From: a virus
Strand: one strand, 5' to 3'
Length of the DNA: 64,000 nucleotides
Virus record (IMG/VR): IMGVR_UViG_3300032288_001980
Span: 119,899-183,898 of that record
Shown here: piece after piece, positions 60,083 through 64,000 of the stretch
How the letters are laid out: each line of letters starts with the position of its first letter
How positions within the stretch are numbered: the stretch's first letter is position 1
Translations under genes and position numbers: made by a program
Notes under the pieces: model-generated
What the model was told of the DNA's origin: nothing
Seen by the model: only the letters and a program-made list of their open reading frames with translations
The model's database searches: none

Positions 60083-60595
60083 ATGGATGTTAAAAAATTA
60101 TTGGCCTCTGTGCCAATTGGCAGAAGCCAGTACGAATTTGATAATTTTGTAACTGGTGCGGCCAACAGCGAAGCTCGTTACGTAAGACAGCTTTTATTGG
60201 AAAAAGAACAGCTAGAAGAAAGCATTGCTAATGCTGACGCAGGTAGTCGTTGGCAAGATCAATGTCAAAAAGAACTAGCACAAGTTGACGCAGTTCTAAA
60301 CAGCTGGACCGAAGAACAAATTGTTTCTACACTAAACAATTTAGAAGCAGAAGAAGGCCAATATTGGGCCGCACATCTAGGTAAGATCGCCGCAATTGAA
60401 AGTCTAACAAATGGCCATACTAGTCCACAAACGTTAGATCGTTTAGCCCTATTACCTATTGAAGATTTTAAAAACAGCGTAATCATCACAAACAGAATCA
60501 TGGAATATATCCGCAGTACCACTGCACGTATCGAACAAGAAGCGTTTGGTAGCGAAGCAGAAGGCCTAGGTACCGGTAGCGATATTCAAGGATGA
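60083..60595 (+). CDS. Hypothetical helical protein (170 aa)
   Basis: AAGGAG RBS; coupled to the downstream GT gene. Confidence 0.8.
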   Translation: MDVKKLLASVPIGRSQYEFDNFVTGAANSEARYVRQLLLEKEQLEESIANADAGSRWQDQCQKELAQVDAVLNSWTEEQIVSTLNNLEAEEGQYWAAHLGKIAAIESLTNGHTSPQTLDRLALLPIEDFKNSVIITNRIMEYIRSTTARIEQEAFGSEAEGLGTGSDIQG

Positions 60596-61281
60596 GTTTA
60601 CTTAAAAACGCACTACAGTCTAAGCCACAGCTACAACCTGAAATTAAACTAGAGGATGTTAGTGTGGCTATCTGTGTTCCTGCACGAGATATGGTTCATA
60701 CTGTTTTTGCTTTTGGCCTAGCAGAACTTATGACTTACAATGCTCAAAAAGGAATCAGAACCAGTGTGCATGTTAACATGGGAACTCTAGTAGTTAATCA
60801 ACGTGAAACATTAGTACAGCAAGCATTAGACGTCGGCGCAACTCATATCATGTGGATCGACAGTGATATGGGATTTCCCAAAGACACAGTTGAACGTTTA
60901 TTAAAGCACGACAAACCTGTTACCGCAGGCAACTATGCTACCAGACGTAAGCCTTTCAAAACAGTTGCTTACAAAAAAATATTAGATTGGCGCAGTTATT
61001 TGGTTCACGATAAAAATACCAAAGGACTGACTGAAGTGGAAGGCATTGGCATGGGCTGTATGCTAGAGCGCACAGATGTTTATAAAGTACTACCTAAACC
61101 ATGGTTTGCATTAGAATACCATGCAAAAAGCGATGATCATATGGGCGAAGACATGTACCATTGCAGGGCTTTAAAAGCCGCAGGGTATACTGTATATGTA
61201 GACAATGAACTTAGCACAAAACTACAACATGTGGGCAGTTTTGCTTACACAACAGATCTAGTAGAGCCCAATTTAGAATAA
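60592..61281 (+). CDS. GT2/GT-A-like glycosyltransferase-like protein (229 aa)
   Basis: VAICVP; R..LV..AL; THIMWIDSDM (DxD); IGMGCML; GED.Y.C; HVG. Confidence 0.75.
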   Translation: MSLLKNALQSKPQLQPEIKLEDVSVAICVPARDMVHTVFAFGLAELMTYNAQKGIRTSVHVNMGTLVVNQRETLVQQALDVGATHIMWIDSDMGFPKDTVERLLKHDKPVTAGNYATRRKPFKTVAYKKILDWRSYLVHDKNTKGLTEVEGIGMGCMLERTDVYKVLPKPWFALEYHAKSDDHMGEDMYHCRALKAAGYTVYVDNELSTKLQHVGSFAYTTDLVEPNLE

Positions 61282-61298
61282 TTTATGACTCTTTTAAC

Positions 61299-61325
61299 AA
61301 TAGCGGCTTTGGCCGCTATTTTTTT
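61299..61325 (+). terminator. Rho-independent terminator
   Basis: AATAGCGGC-TTTG-GCCGCTATT-TTTTT. Confidence 0.9.
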
Positions 61326-61360
61326 GAATAAATATTAGGATATAACCGTTTGGAATTCAA

Positions 61361-64000
61361 ATGCTAAAAACAAGAGCTCAAAATAAGTATATTTTAAACA
61401 CCGATAACCAGGATCAAGTACTGGTAAACGAAGCAGGTGACTTAGAATTAATACATGGTAATCTAGTATTACAAACCTCACCAACTGCACTAAATCATGC
61501 AGTTACTAAACAATATGTTGATAGTGTAGCTCAAGGCCTTGATGTCAAAGCCAACTGTCATGTACTTTCTTATGAAAATATTAACTTAGCAGTAGCTCCT
61601 GCAATTATAGACGGTCATACTTTACAATCCGGTGATAGAATTTTCGTAGTAGGGCAAATATTAAAGTCCCAAAATGGTATATATGATTTTAACGGTGTTG
61701 GGTCTCCTTTAACACGCTCGGCTGATACTAATTCTAGCGCAGACATTACGTCTGGTATGTATGCTTTGGTTACAGAAGGCAGTCAATGGGCACGAACTGG
61801 CTGGATACTAACAACTCGCGGCACAATTCAAATTGATGTAACGCCCTTGGAGTTTGTACAATTTACTGGGGTAGGTAGTTTAGTCGCTGGCCCTGGTATT
61901 GAATTTAGCGGAAATACGCTAAGTGCTAAGTTGGGCAATACTGACAGAATCGTATCCAATGCATTAGGTTTTGATTTAGCTGAAACAGGTATAACCCCTG
62001 GTACATTTAACGGAATAGAAGTAGACAGTTATGGTCGCGTAGTTAGTGCTACACAAAACAATTATCTAACAGCTAACCAAAATATTACCTTATCGGGTGA
62101 TGCAACAGGATCTGGTACAACAGCAATTACTGTAACATTGGCCAATACCGGGGTTAGTGCCGGAACATGGAACGGTATAACTGTTGATACAAAAGGTAGA
62201 ATTACTGCACTGGGTTCTCAGGTATTTTTAACCGGTAATGAAAATATAACAGTCAATGGAGATGTAACGGGTTCTGGAACTACCAATATCACAACAACAT
62301 TGGCCGATACCGGAGTTGGTGCTGGTAGCTATGGATCAAATTCTACCACATTGTCTGCAATCATAGACAGCAAAGGTAGAATTGTCACAGCAGTAGATAC
62401 TCCAATTGCTTTTCCTGTAAACAGCGTCGCTGGAAGATTTGGTGATGTAATATTAACTTCTGCAGACGTAGGACTAAGCAACGTAACCAATCAAGCACAA
62501 ATAGCTAATCTTGGTAATGTGCCTGGTATACAATCAGGTTTAACATCTAATAGACCTTCCGCGGGCCAAGTAGGTAGACTTTATATTGCTACAGACACTC
62601 TTAGCATTGCAAGAGACAACGGCGGTGCTTGGGAAATATTAAGACCAGCAGTATCGGGCGATGTTAATATTCCTGCAAACGCAGGTAATAGTACACTTAG
62701 TGCCACTGGTATTACCAGCGGTACTTATACAAAATTAAGTGTCGACAGCAAAGGTCGTGCGTTTGCTGGAAGTCAATTAACAAGCCTAGACATTAAAAAT
62801 TATCTTGGATATACTCCTGTTAACAGGGCCGGTGATTTTATGTTAGGTGCGCTAGGTTTAACCATTGGCACTACGTCCGATCCTAGTTTATATTTTGGTA
62901 CAACAACAACCGCAGGCCTATTCAGCCCAGCAGCCAATGAAATTAGTATTGTTACAGCCAGTAATGATAGATTAAAAGTAAATGCCGCTGGTCGAGTATT
63001 AATCAATTCTTTTGATAACGGCATAGATTTATTACAAGTCAACGGTACAGTTAGTGCCGCTAACCCAACTCAGCCAAATCAATTGGCTACAAAACAGTAT
63101 GTAGACAATGCAGTTGCTAGTAAAGATACCACAGATGAAATCGCCGAAGGTTTAACAAATCAATACTTTACAACTTCTCGTGCAAGAGCCAGTATCAGTG
63201 CAGGTGGAAATTTATCTTACAATAGTCTGACCGGCGTAATGAGTTATACAACTCCTACGACCGACGGTATCATCGAAGGAACAAATAGATTATATTTTAC
63301 AAACGCAAGAGCAAGATCTGCTATCAGTGTCTCTGGTAATGGTATAAGTTATGATGCGCTAACTGGAATTATTACCAGTAATGCAACCAATGCAAATACA
63401 CCCAATACTTTAGTATATAGAGATCCAGCCGGTAACTTTAGCGCAGGAACTATTACAGCTACCTTAAGCGGTAACGCCAGTACAGCAGGTTCTTTACTAA
63501 TAACTCGTAGTATTACAGCAACAGGTGATGCTAGTTGGACAGTAAACTTTAACGGCTCAGCAAACGCCAGTGCAGGTTTGACGCTGGCCAATACAGGAGT
63601 AACTGCTGGAACATATGGCGGTGGCGCAGTATTTTCGCAACTAGTCGTTGACAGTAAAGGAAGGATTACTAGTGCAAGTAGCTTACCTTTAACTTCTAGC
63701 GATATTACTACTACATTGGGATACACCCCAGTCAATAGATCTGGCGATACTATGGCCGGCTATCTATCAGTACTGACTCCAGACCAACCTGGACATGCGG
63801 CCAGCAAAGCCTATGTAGATCAAGCATTATACGGACTATCGAATATTTCTGCCAAAGACCCCGTAGCAGTAGCAACGGAATCAAATATTACACTATCGGG
63901 CTTGCCTGTGATAGATGGTTATCAAGTAGTAGCAGGAGACAGAGTATTAGTAAAGGCACAAACTACAGCAAGTCAAAATGGTGTATACATAGCTGCCGCA
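61361..64000 (+). CDS. Partial (runs off right edge) tail-fibre-type virion protein
   Basis: Not in ORF track (no stop in window); ATG 61361 MLKTRAQNKY... after ATAAATA 61328-61334; ATKQYVD, GLDVK..., GVTAGTY..L.VD.KGR repeats. Frame spot-checked, not translated in full. Confidence 0.8.
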   Translation, partial: MLKTRAQNKYILNTDNQDQVLVNEAGDLELIHGNLVLQTSPTALNHAVTKQYVDSVAQGLDVKANCHVLSYENINLAVAPAIIDGHTLQSGDRIFVVGQILKSQNGIYDFNGVGSPLTRSADTNSSADITSGMYALVTEGSQWARTGWILTTRGTIQIDVTPLEFVQFTGVGSLVAGPGIEFSGNTLSAKLGNTDRIVSNALGFDLAETGITPGTFNGIEVDSYGRVVSATQNNYLTANQNITLSGDATGSGTTAITVTLANTGVSAGTWNGITVDTKGRITALGSQVFLTGNENITVNGDVTGSGTTNITTTLADTGVGAGSYGSNSTTLSAIIDSKGRIVTAVDTPIAFPVNSVAGRFGDVILTSADVGLSNVTNQAQIANLGNVPGIQSGLTSNRPSAGQVGRLYIATDTLSIARDNGGAWEILRPAVSGDVNIPANAGNSTLSATGITSGTYTKLSVDSKGRAFAGSQLTSLDIKNYLGYTPVNRAGDFMLGALGLTIGTTSDPSLYFGTTTTAGLFSPAANEISIVTASNDRLKVNAAGRVLINSFDNGIDLLQVNGTVSAANPTQPNQLATKQYVDNAVASKDTTDEIAEGLTNQYFTTSRARASISAGGNLSYNSLTGVMSYTTPTTDGIIEGTNRLYFTNARARSAISVSGNGISYDALTGIITSNATNANTPNTLVYRDPAGNFSAGTITATLSGNASTAGSLLITRSITATGDASWTVNFNGSANASAGLTLANTGVTAGTYGGGAVFSQLVVDSKGRITSASSLPLTSSDITTTLGYTPVNRSGDTMAGYLSVLTPDQPGHAASKAYVDQALYGLSNISAKDPVAVATESNITLSGLPVIDGYQVVAGDRVLVKAQTTASQNGVYIAAA

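Noticed and set aside
48801-64000. Diversity-generating retroelement targeting the fibres (Mtd-like N-termini present)
   Set aside because: No reverse transcriptase in the window and no repeat pair differing only at adenines.
1-64000. tRNA genes, inteins, introns or stop-codon recoding
   Set aside because: No cloverleaf or T-loop GTTCRA context seen by eye; core proteins (gp46, gp47, ligase, portal, capsid) have normal lengths and are intact in code 11. tRNAscan-SE was not run.

Overview
The whole 64-kb window is a segment of a large lytic myovirus (jumbo-phage-like, with T4-type head and baseplate genes), read in the standard genetic code. From left to right it holds: (i) a minus-strand baseplate/virion block (3046-aa and 1075-aa wedge proteins, gp25-like); (ii) a small late operon encoding an HNH nuclease, two 2OG-Fe(II)-type oxygenases and a QueC-like PP-loop enzyme; (iii) an early island with four near-identical sigma70 promoters, followed by ATP-dependent DNA ligase; (iv) a minus-strand gp5-lysozyme/hub/gp53/gp48-54 operon; (v) gp55-like sigma factor, gp47 and gp46; (vi) a six-gene accessory cassette (GNAT, PhyH dioxygenase, permuted-papain peptidase, two PP-loop/AsnB-like ATP pyrophosphatases, one unknown); (vii) a GIY-YIG nuclease directly followed by about 460 nt of ORF-free, densely base-paired sequence (candidate large structured ncRNA, the top lead); (viii) a tail-chaperone-like gene pair with a -1 slippery site, then tape measure, portal, protease, scaffold and major capsid; (ix) more than 15 kb of tandem tail-fibre-type genes. 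All product calls come from motifs and gene order read by eye; no database searches were run.
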